DNA of 64,000 nt from Marsupella aquatica (taxonomy: Eukaryota > Plantae > Marchantiophyta): assembly GCA_973895155.1 (NCBI GenBank), contig OZ316898.1:6435079-6499078 (forward strand), read 5' to 3'. Under the pieces are notes generated by a model that did no database searches, was not told the DNA's origin, and worked only from the letters and a program-made list of their open reading frames with translations. Made by a program: the position numbers and the translations under genes. Of the stretch, positions 24,481 through 36,074 are shown piece by piece (the first letter of the stretch is position 1; each line of letters begins with the position of its first letter).

Positions 24481-27400
24481 GATCGGACGGAGTTACTCTT
24501 GAAGATGCAACGTTGCGGCTATGATGAGAACATAGAGCAACTTGCTGTGGGTTGTTGCGGCGTTGACATGGGTGGCGTCCAGGCATTGTTTTCCTCATTG
24601 TGGGAAGGAAATGCGAGTGGCGACTTCGCTCCTTTCCTAGCAAGTGGCAATTAATTTTTGTCATAAATTCCTGGGTATGCATGTGAGCCGGTAGTGATTT
24701 CCCTAGATTTAAGGAGACTCATTTTAGAGCTGGTGACCAACCTCTTAGCTTTGAGGGGGGGAATTGCCAAGGTGTTTTCTGAGGAAGGGATCAAGCTATT
24801 CTATTTCCCTAGATCTTAGGAGAAGTCTTAGATTTGGCAACCAATTCTCTGAGCATTAGCGGATTGGATAATTAGTATACCCACATACTTATTTACTCCA
24901 GATTTTCAAGAACAAATTACGGACTCAGTAGCCGGTATCAGTTATCGATCAGCAGATCTCATCCAGCTCTCATCTATAGAATCTGCACGGAAATCTTCCT
25001 GCTCAGCGAGGCCACCAAGACGACCAAAGGGGTCTGCCGAGTGGAAAAAGTGAGTCCACGGGGTCAGCCGAGTGCATTCTTCCTGCCAAGTGCATTCTTC
25101 CCTTCAATCTTCGTTTAGCTAAGACGTCATGTGAAAAAGTGACTCATTGAGCGAGGAAGTCAAGTGAAAAGGTGACTCAGCGAAGTCAAGAGAGTGAGAA
25201 TTCTGCAAACTAAGAGCAAAAAACTCGATCACCAAATTGATATTCAAGTTGATCAGGCAATTAAGGTTCACCGGTATGGGTAACTGGATGACGTCTAACT
25301 GATCGTTAACAACCTCTGCTTAAGGACTACTGTAATCCTGGACACAAAACTGTAGCTCCGAGTCACCGCATCCTGCTATTTCGCAGCCCCAGATCGACTC
25401 CATTCTCTTCGTGAACAGTCCGATTCTCCGCATCCCGGCCACTTTGCTTTTTCGCTTTTGCTTTTTCCACAGTCCCAGACTTCATTCTCTTCGTGAACAG
25501 TGGTAAGCTGCTCCTTAAACAGAGGGAATCAGAACAGCACCACTTGACGACGTTGCTTCACAGGTGCGGCGCTCTGTGTGGCAGTGTGAGATTCCGAGGA
25601 GGGAAGGACATGTCCACGGAATGATGTAATCGATACACCTTCACTGTGATAAGAAAATGTTGTCTCCATCCGTAACATCCGGAGGCGGAGCAGCTAACTT
25701 GACTCGATCAGTACGTCGTCAGGGTTTCAAGCATTCTCCACTTTCTATCTGCGGCCGACGATGAACCCACATGGATTTCAGAACGTGCCCCTGCCCGCCA
25801 TACTTCACAGACAAGGCTCCGTTGTTCGTGACGCTGCAGCACCGCCACCATGTCTGTAGGGAAGAGTACGTTCGGACTTAATGTGGAGGCTCAACGCCAT
25901 TAATTTCGGATTCGTTTCAGTGTCGAAACATTGCCCCGTCTCATGCATGAGAAAAGGCAGTTCTCCAAAGTCAACGAAAATGTCCCGCTTTTCTTCGAAG
26001 CACTGAACTGTACAAACGACTTCATTAGACAATTAGATCTCCTTGGAAGTATGTTGAATTCAGTAGTAGTGCCCATTCATCTGTGGATTGTGACTTGGGC
26101 TAGCTTGGGGAGTTTTCGACTGCGAACAATATGTGCAATGCTGATTTCATGGCTCACTTGGCTCTCCTCGTACTTTACATCTATTCATCCATACTCTCCC
26201 TCATTTGCTTTGGCCCATTCGAGTCCTTGTGCTTCTTTAAACTCATTCGTTCATCCATTTTTTTGTTATGAAATCCGATCGATTACCTGATCCTTTCCGG
26301 GCTATATCTAAAACCATACTGAGAAGAAAGAACAGTAACTTCGATATGTACCTCTTTCACACTCATTACTGTACGTACGTTAGGATATATGCGTGCAACA
26401 TGTCCACTTTTCATGTACTGTTTTCAGTGTGGAGAGCTTGAAGGTTGTAACTGTAGTTAGTGCGTGAGACTTAGTCAAATGTTAAATTGTTATCTGATCA
26501 ATTGCTACATGTCAAAGGTGTTCATCCAACCCATAACTTAATGCACTAGATGTGATGCCGAAGCTCACTAGCTCACGATTCAAAGCCCACGAGGAGAGCC
26601 GCCATGGCATATGTATATGCACGTTTGACCCGTTCCCTTACCTCAGTTCATTTTGTATCTTTGAGAATGGATTCACACGGATGTACGTGATGGGGCCTCC
26701 AGGCAAGTGCAATGCAATTCTTTTACTTAGATTCTTTGTTTTAATAAGAAGCTTTTTTGGTGGGGTAGAGGATGAAGGGAAATCCTGCCCTGATCAACCA
26801 GCCCTCTGCGCATCCAACTGGCTGAAGGTCTAGGGTGGGGAAAACCGCTCTCAGCTAAATTACAGAAAGGAAAAGAGGAAAGCCTCCGGTTTACCTGCCC
26901 GAAATTCTTGATTGATCGAGCCAACGGAGGTTGCACAAATAGATATATCTGGTACATTCATAAGCCTCCGTCACGGGAGCAGCTAAAAACAGAAGAACCC
27001 AAGTTGAGACTAGCTTTGTTCTACAAAATTCAAGAACCCAAGAAGGAAACTCATGAATCCCAATCTTGTGCAGAATTGTCAAAAATCTAAGGTCTCACTT
27101 TTTTCTGCTAAATGTTGTTGGTCCTCTACGTTTTTGGTCTAGCTAGCTAGCAAGAGTAAGGCTGTTCCAAAAAACTATTTTGTCAGAGGATGCTGAGAAC
27201 CTGTACCTCGTTGAGGCAGTTGTTTAGATGGAGCTCTGTTTTTTTTATGCCATGATGCGCAGTCCCCAATTGGAGCAGGTCCGTAGCAGGTGTTCGAAGT
27301 TAAAACTCTGTCAGCTATTCCAATCAATGGTTCCCCAGATGGTGCATGTCAGATGGAAGTACAATCGGGCGATGCTGGTGTGTGAATTCATCCTAATGTA

Positions 27401-29439
27401 CAACTAGTACGTACGTTCAACTCTGAGGGGGCTCACTCACATAAGCTCCGTCACATACTGCCCAGCATCAAAGAAGCTAGATCTGTTCTCGCCACCATTG
27501 ACCTTCACGTACGTGCTATACACGATCAGAGGAACTCCAAATAAAAAACATTCCGGCCGGGTGAATAGACCCTAAAGCTCAAGTGAGCAGTGGCGCATGA
27601 TACAATCTTAACTGATACAGTATGAACATCTAAAAATGCCTTTGAGATCATGGATTTGTTTATCCAAATCTGTTCGTCAAGGATCTTTTGCACTAAATTG
27701 CCGTGCATGACTGGTTTCTTCCCGGTGAGACCTTCGAGAGAAGTTACAGTCCGAGACGAAAGAGTAAACCCCAGTTTCAATTTGACATAATTGGTGGAAT
27801 AATTCTCAAACACATTCCCGTTTGACTTACTGCACAGTACTGTGGCTACCGCCCGAGTGTAAGTTGTCAACCATTAAGAAAATGTGAGCGATGATCTATA
27901 AATAAGTAACTTGAACTTCAGGAGAAACAGCAGTATGATTTGTAGCAATCTTTGATCGAGCTTACCATACAACAGACACCAGTCAATGAGGAGCTTGAAG
28001 CTTGTCCATGTCTGTGACCAGAGGAGGAGCTATTTTTCGATCAATCTAGGAGCATCTGCTAGGAGCGCTGCGCGAAAGAGTTCTCCTAGCTTAGCTTGTG
28101 ATTCAGGTCCTCTTTCGGGACTATTCAAATCATACATACCCATTTTGTCGATCATTCTGCTGTCGTCAGCGAGACATCATTGCCATGAATTCCATACCCG
28201 GAGAACATGGCAGCTACCGACGGAGCTGCAAGATGACAGCAGATGTCTACACGATGCTGCTATTTCTTTGATATGTAATTGGAGGCCATTGTTGTACATA
28301 CTGACATATAGCAACTTACATGGCTAGATATTGAATCGAACCCGACGACCATGTTGTGCGCGCATGCAACATTCCTTCCGACATGGCTGCAATCTACTCT
28401 GATCGATCGATACTCAACAAACATAAACGATTTGAAATGTGTTCAGACGTCTTGAACAGAGTGGAGTGGCTTGGACTGGCCTTTCCTGTTAATGGAAGGC
28501 CAGCCCAAGCTTGTCCACTCCGGTTCAGCTGTCTTCTTGACCTGCAATAGCACATGGAAGAATAGATTGAGATTATGTACATTTGTCTGCTTTCGTTCTA
28601 ATCCTGAAAAAGGACTTTGCCTGCATGTAGCATTCTTTTAATTGGGTTTAGAGAAGTGACGATGCACCCTTTCAGCCTGGCCATGATTCAGATATTTGCA
28701 CTATGATGGAGTGGCTTGGACTGGCCTTTTTCTTTCTAAGTAAATGCCAGCCCAAGGATCTCCATCTTCGTGTAACTATCTACCACCTTTTTCAATTAAT
28801 TTGAGATGATTGGCTTCAACTGGCCTTTTTTTTCTTCCATATAAATATCAGCCCAAGGATCTCCACCTTAATTCACATAGCTATCTACCACCATACAGAA
28901 GGATATATAGCTCGACGATTGTATGCCTACATGCATGTTCTAATATATTAACATTGAATGAGATGGCTGCAGGAGAGTGGAGGGTTTGGACTGACCCTGC
29001 AGTGTGCGAAGAGAAGCCCAATCCAAGCATCTCCCCTTGGGTTCAGCTTTCTAAGTATGTACGTACTATTTATTTTAGCCCATATCACTTGCATTCACTC
29101 TCTGCCATGTCTGGAGGGCTTAACAATGACCTGTTCCAGAATTTTAGGAATTGAAACATTTGGTGGCATGGCTCCGAAGTGAGTAAGGCTGCATGAAGAA
29201 CGAAGACACAGAACTTTGTGGGATGCAACGTCAAATGTACAGAGTGAGATTGAAGAGGGCCCTAAGTATATAGACTCATAGCGAGTCCATTCCTAAGGTA
29301 GTTGTAATTAAGCTGCAAGGTTGATAGTTTAATTAGATGCCTGTAGGAGAGTGGAGTGGCTAGCTGGACTGGCCTTCGAGATTATTGGATATCTACACTT
29401 GTAGCTGGACTGGCCTTCGAGATTATTCTATATCTACAC

Positions 29440-32400
29440 TTCACATCATTCAGATATCTACACTATGGTGGAGTGGCTTGGACCGGCCTTTTTCTTTCCA
29501 AAGTAAATGCCAGCCCAAGAATCTCTACCCTGGAGTAGCTATCTAGCACCCATTTACCTTAATTTGAGAGATTCAGATATATGTAGGATGATGGAGTGAC
29601 TTGTACTAGCCTTTTCTTTTCTAAAGTAAATGTCAACCCAAGGATCTCCACCTTAGTGTAACTATCTAATACTGTTTTACATTTGAGATGATTCAGACAT
29701 ATGATGGAGTGGCTTGGACTGGCCTTAACTTTTTCTTTCCCTTCCAAAGTAAATGTCAGCCCAAGGATCTCCACCTTCTTGTAACAATCTAGCACGCACC
29801 CTTTTAATATTTGAGATGATTCAGATTTTTGCACGATGATGGAGTGGCTTGGACTGGCCTTTTTCTTTCCCAAGTAAATGCCAGCCCAAGGATCTCCACC
29901 TTCTTGTAACAATCTAATGCACACCCTTAAGTTTATATTTGAGATGATTCAGATTTTTGCACGATGATGGAGTGGCTTGGACTGGCCTTAACTTTTTCTT
30001 TCCAAAGTAAATGCCAGCCCAAGGATTTCCACCTTCTTGTAACCATCTAGCGCGCACCCTTTTAATATTTGAGATGATTCAGATTTTTGCATGAAGATGG
30101 AGTGGCTTGGACTGGCCTTAACTTTTTCTTTCCCAAGTAAATGCCAGCCCAAGGATCTCCACCTTCTTGTAACAATCTAATGCACACCCTTTTATATTTG
30201 AGATGATTCAGATTTCTGCACGATGATGGAGTGGCTTGGACTGGCCTTAACTTTTTCTTTCCGAAGTAAATGCCAACCCAAGGATCTCCACCTTCTTGTA
30301 ACGATCTAGCGCGCACCTATTAATATTTGAGATGATTCAGATTTTTGCATGATGATGGAGTGGCTTGGAGTGGCCTTAACTTTTTCTTTCCCAAGTAAAT
30401 GCCAACCCAAGGATCTCCACCTTCTTGTAACAATCTAACACGCACCCTTTTATATTTGAGATGATTCAGATTTCTGCACTATGATGGAGTGGCTTGGACT
30501 GGCCTTAACTTTTTCTCTCCCAAGTAAATGCCAGCCCAAGGATCTCCACCTTCTTGTAACAATCTAGCGCGCACCCTTTTAATATTTGAGATGATTCAGA
30601 TTTCTGCACGATGATGGAGTGGCTTGGACTGGCCTTAACTTTTTCTTTCCCAAGTAAATGCCAGCCCAAGGATCTCCACCTTCTTGTAACAATCTAGCGC
30701 GCACCAATTAATATTTGAGATGATTCAGATTTTTGCACGATGATGGAGTGGCTTGGACTGGCCTTAACTTTTTCTTTCCCAAGTAAATGCCAGCCCAAGG
30801 ATCTCCACCTTCTTGTAACAATCTAATGCACACCCTTAAGTTTATATTTGAGATGATTCAGATTTTTGCACGATGATGGAGTGGCTTGGACTGGCCTTAA
30901 CTTTTTTTTTCCAAAGTAAATGCCAGCCCAAGGATCTCCACCTTCTTGTAACAATCTAGCGCGCACCAATTAATATTTGAGATGATTCAGATTTTTGCAC
31001 GATGATGGAGTGGCTTGGACTGGCCTTAACTTTTTCTTTCCCAAGTAAATGCCAGCCCAAGGATCTCCACCTTCTTGTAACAATCTAATGCACACCCTTA
31101 AGTTTATATTTGAGATGATTCAGATTTTTGCACGATGATGGAGTGGCTTGGACTGGCCTTAACTTTTTCTTTCCCAAGTAAATGCCAACCCAAGGATCTC
31201 CACCTTCTTGTAACGATCTAGCGCGCACCTATTAATATTTGAGATGATTCAGATTTTTGCATGATGATGGAGTGGCTTGGAGTGGCCTTAACTTTTTCTT
31301 TCCCAAGTAAATGCCAACCCAAGGATCTCCACCTTCTTGTAACAATCTAACACGCACCCTTTTATATTTGAGATGATTCAGATTTCTGCACTATGATGGA
31401 GTGGCTTGGACTGGCCTTAACTTTTTCTCTCCAAAGTAAATGCCAGCCCAAGGATCTCCACCTTCTTGTAACAATCTAGCGCGCACCCTTTTAATATTTG
31501 AGATGATTCAGATTTTTGCACGATGATGGAGTGGCTTGGACTGGCCTTAACTTTTTCTTTCCCAAGTAAATGCCAGCCCAAGGATCTCCACCTTCTTGTA
31601 ACAATCTAATGCACACCCTTAAGTTTATATTTGAGATGATTCAGATTTTTGCATGATGATGGAGTGGCTTGGACTCACTGGCCTTAACTTTTTCTTTCCA
31701 AAGTAAATGCCAGCCCAAGGATCTCCACCTTCTTGTAACTATCTAGCACGCACCTATTAATATTTGAGATGATTCAGATTTCTGCACGATGATGGAGTGG
31801 CTTGGACTGGCCTTTTTCTTTCCCAAGTAAATGCCAGCCCAAGGATCTCCACCTTCTTGTAACAATCTAATGCACACCCTTAAGTTTATATTTGAGATGA
31901 TTCAGATTTCTGCACGATGATGGAGTGGCTTGGACTGGCCTTAACTTTTTCTTTCCAAAGTAAATGCCAGCCCAAGGATCTCCACCTTCTTGTAACAATC
32001 TAGCGCGCACCTATTAATATTTGAGATGATTTAGATTTTTGCACGATGATGGAGTGGCTTGGACTGGCCTTAACTTTTTCTTTCCCAAGTAAATGCCAGC
32101 CCAAGGATCTCCACCTTCTTGTAACAATCTAATGCACACCCTTAAGTTTATATTTGAGATGATTCAGATTTTTGCACGATGATGGAGTGGCTTGGACTGG
32201 CCTTAACTTTTTTTTTCCAAAGTAAATGCCAGCCCAAGGATCTCCACCTTCTTGTAACAATCTAGCGCGCACCAATTAATATTTGAGATGATTCAGATTT
32301 TTGCACGATGATGGAGTGGCTTGGACTGGCCTTAACTTTTTCTTTCCCAAGTAAATGCCAGCCCAAGGATCTCCACCTTCTTGTAACAATCTAATGCACA

Positions 32401-33030
32401 CCCTTAAGTTTATATTTGAGATGATTCAGATTTTTGCACGATGATGGAGTGGCTTGGACTGGCCTTAACTTTTTTTTTCCAAAGTAAATGCCAGCCCAAG
32501 GATCTCCACCTTCTTGTAACAATCTAGCGCGCACCAATTAATATTTGAGATGATTCAGATTTTTGCACGATGATGGAGTGGCTTGGACTGGCCTTAACTT
32601 TTTCTTTCCCAAGTAAATGCCAGCCCAAGGATCTCCACCTTCTTGTAACAATCTAATGCATACCCTTAAGTTTATATTTGAGATGATTCAGATTTTTGCA
32701 CGATGATGGAGTGGCTTGGACTGGCCTTAACTTTTTCTTTCCCAAGTAAATGCCAGCCCAAGGATCTCCACCTTCTTGTAACAATCTAACGCGCACCCTT
32801 TTATATTTGAGATGATTCAGATTTTTACAAGATGATGGAGTGGCTTGGACTGGCCTTTTTCTTTCCCAAGTAAATGCCAGCCCAAGGATCTCCACCTTGG
32901 TGAATTATCTGGCACCCTTACATTTGAGATGATTAAGATTTCTGAAGGCATGGTGGAGTGGCTTGGACTGGCTTTTTCTTTCCCAAGTAAATGCCAGCCC
33001 AAAGATGTACACCTTCGCGTAACTATCTAC
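29440..33030 (-). repeat. Homogeneous tandem array of 28 units (mostly 129-133 bp), each holding a ~98-nt imperfect hairpin; inverted relative to the 18.7-19.5 kb array
   Basis: Unit TTTGAGATGATTCAGATTTTTGCACGATGATGGAGTGGCTTGGACTGGCCTTAACTTTTTCTTTCCCAAGTAAATGCCAGCCCAAGGATCTCCACCTTCTTGTAACAATCTAGCGCGCACCAATTAATA. I counted 28 GGAGTG(G/A)CTT cores from 29470 to 32955. Confidence 0.97.
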
Positions 33031-35537
33031 CACACTTTAAAGGCAATCTGTGTGACACCGCGGACAGCACTTCAACTCTAGGCATGCAGTGGCTTTGGGA
33101 CCACACTCGGCAAACCTAATTTCTTCGGAACTTGTCTGATCAAGAAGATTGACATTTCGTGCCGCAATTCAGAAGCTGGATACGATTCATTTGGACGGTT
33201 GTAGCTGATATATATATATTGCCAGCCTAATTGAAAGACTACCTTAGTCTCAATACGCACGTACCTTGGCTCCATTCTTCATGATGCACATAAAAAAAAA
33301 CTATCGATTGATGGGACGAAACAATGCGACGCTTCAGCAAGGACAAATCAGATGTCGACACGAGAGTGGATTTGCTTGGACGTACGTATATGGCCTGCTT
33401 TCAACAGGAAACCCAACCGATGGAAGTTCTCCACTGTCCTACGGTTGAATACTTCACTATCCAAAACGACACTTGTAGCAGGATCTATGGGACAATCACT
33501 CTGCTACAACATTAATTAATTCTGGTAGCAGATTTCGCAATTTCGTGCTGCAAATCACGCGGATGACACTTTGGCTGGGCCAAGTAGCATTGACATCTTC
33601 GTGGTTGGGGAGTGCGGGAATCCCCAACATCAATGTCCCAAGATGTGATTGACCAAGAGGAAATGTGGCCATGAGAAGAATACGACTGAGTTTTTTGCGG
33701 ACGAGCTCGATTCAGAAGTTTGCACGAGAGTGGAGGAGCTTGGCCTAATTGTCTGCAAAGAAAATACCGGCCCAATTCGTATCTCCACTTCCGTGCAGTG
33801 TCTCTCCTTTGTTGGCTCTTGTTTCTCCCCGTCTGGCGCATTTTGTTCTGCGTGATTTAATTATACTTCAATGGACAGTACGTGGTCGATCCCCGGACCC
33901 CATGCATGTGGGGTGAAGATTATTCATTTAAAAACAAACGAGTGCCACCTAGGTATAATGGCAGTTAAGTTCAGGACAATCATATTACAGCAATATATAT
34001 GGTGTGTAATGACAGAAATTACCAGTTGCCGGTCATAGGACACACCACTCATGCAGAGTTCTTGAAACTTGTGCCAGTCGTGAAGAAGTACGTACCTATC
34101 TTCTAGTGGTTTGACTCGTGCAAGGCCGTGAGCAGCGAGGAGGAGCTCTCTTGCAATGTTAGTCCAAACAACTAAGTTCAATCTCACGAATGTAGGAGCG
34201 CTGACGGAAAGATCGAGTTCTTCTTACTTTGCCGAGATTCAGTTACTCTTAAGGGACTGTCTCAATTCAGGCAATAGCCACAGGTGTTGTTGATCATTTG
34301 CACCTGGAAATAGTCGAGTGTGCGCCTGGAAATAGTCGAGTGGGCTTGGAACGACATCGAGAGGACTGTAGAGAATGTTTCGACTGGTAACACAGATAGA
34401 TCGACGTGGCCTATTGACTCTCAGCCTGTCTATTGCATTCTTTTACAGTGACAGTACACCCTGTTACCACTGAGATGATTCAGAGTAAATTCCAGTCCAA
34501 GCATCTCCACCTTAGCGTAGCTAGCTAACTATCACCCTTTTACCTGTCAGATGATTCAGATATCTGCACGATGGTGGAGTGGCTTGGACTGGCCTTTTTC
34601 TTTTCGAAGTAAATGCCAACCCAAGGATCTCCACCTTCGCTCAGCCATCTACCGCACTTTAAAGGCCGCACGGGCCACAGCAATTCAACTCCAGGCTGTC
34701 GCTTAATTCGTCACGACACTCAGCATACCCTTTTCTGAACTCGTCTGAGAAAATTGACATGTTCGTGACGCAATCAATCAGAAGCTTAATTTGTGGCTGC
34801 TGGATTCGATTGGACGGTTGTCGCTGGATATATATTATGCCAGATTTGAAAGCCTACCTTCGTTTCACTACAGTACGTACCTTCGCTCCATTAATTCTAC
34901 ATGATGCCACGGCCAGAAAACTATCGATCACATACGGTGCGGATATCGATTAATGGGAAACATGTGCGACACTTCAGCGGGGCCAAATCTGTTGACGCGA
35001 GTGGATTCGCTTGGACATGGCTTGTTTTTCAACAGGAAACCACCCTATGCAAACGGTCGACTCTACAAGATTCCGACCGGGCAACTAGCTGCAGCAGGAT
35101 CTATATATGGAGCAGTCACTTCGCTTCAAAATTCTGATTAGTAGCAACTTTTTGCAATTTCATGCCGCAATCACGCGGATGAGATGATGTACAGTTAGTC
35201 GCACAGTTTTTGCTGGGTACAATAAGTTGGGAGCATTGACATCTCTCAATCATGGTCGGGGAGTGCTGAAAGCCTCGCCGTAGAACGTCCCAGGATATGA
35301 TTGACTAACAGGAAAGGCGGCCAGGAGAAGAACACGAGTGAGAAATTTGGGGACGAGCTCTATTCAGAAGTTTGCCCGAGAGTGGAGGGGCTTGGACTGG
35401 CCTTTTCTGCGAAGAAAATGTCAGCCCAAGTATCGCCACTTTCGTGCAGATGTCTACTTCACATTTAACAATGTCCAAACGACTTCCGAACAAGGCATGT
35501 TCAGCATTTTATCTCGAGGGTTGGAGCTGATTAATTC

Positions 35538-35893
35538 CAGGTGTGGGCAGTCCTCTGTAAGTGCAAACTCAATAAGTGTAAAAAGCTTGCTAACTGTAAT
35601 GCGTGCTGATCGTCCCCTTTTCTTGACACAATGTCTGCACATTTTTTGCACCGCTCTGAAACCCTCGATAAGTGTACATGCACACTTATGGTAAAGGGTC
35701 AACCCCATCAAAATGCATTTACTGATAACTGCATGCCCTTTTTGGGTAGAGATAAAACATGCACAGTTTTTGGAGTAGGAGACCAAATTGAGAAAGGGAT
35801 ATCTATGTCACCAGACTGCTCGCTGAAAGTGGGTGCACTCTTATCAGAGCACAAGTCTATGGGTTTGCACTTATCACATACTGCTCACCCCCA
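35538..35893. mobile_element. MITE-like insertion
   Basis: Imperfect terminal inverted repeats GTGTGGGCAGT...TAAGTGCAAAC and GTTTGCACTTATCACATACTGCTCACCCC. It is absent at the equivalent point (~17810) of the left arm. Confidence 0.5.
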
Positions 35894-36018
35894 TTTAGTT
35901 CAAACCACGTACATGCTTCTTCTTGGGAGTGTACATTTAGGCGGAGCGTTCATTGTACCCCTCCATCAACCAAGCATCTAATTATTAGAACTTTCAATAG
36001 CATGGACCTGCTAAGAAT

Positions 36019-36074
36019 TGAACCTTGGACCTCAGGTGTACATGAATGTAGTGCTCTACCACTCAGCTACATAA
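36019..36074 (-). mobile_element. tRNA-derived SINE head or tRNA pseudogene
   Basis: Minus strand GTAGCTGAGTGGTAGAGCACTAC...GAGGTCCAAGGTTCAATT has A and B boxes; the acceptor and anticodon stems are not intact. Confidence 0.5.

Noticed and set aside
27526-27870. 114-aa minus-strand ORF as a real gene
   Set aside because: Non-ATG start, no motif I can identify with confidence, and no supporting exons.
29840-29862. miR319 or miR482/2118 family identity
   Set aside because: Only a 9-nt CTTGGACTG match to miR319 and a loose gapped resemblance to the NLR P-loop target sequence; too little to assign a family.
29559-33002. Repeat protein encoded by the array (KVEILGLAFTW...RPVQATP ORFs)
   Set aside because: Unit lengths of 129, 130 and 133 bp break the frame and stops are frequent; the ORFs are by-products of the repeat.
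29440-33030. CRISPR array
   Set aside because: The linkers are not unique spacers (a few alternating types), the repeat is ~100 nt, there are no cas genes, and the context is eukaryotic.
29440-33030. C/D or H/ACA snoRNA cluster
   Set aside because: The GATGAT (C-like) and CTGA (D-like) motifs fall on opposite strands, and no consistent H/ACA box arrangement was seen.
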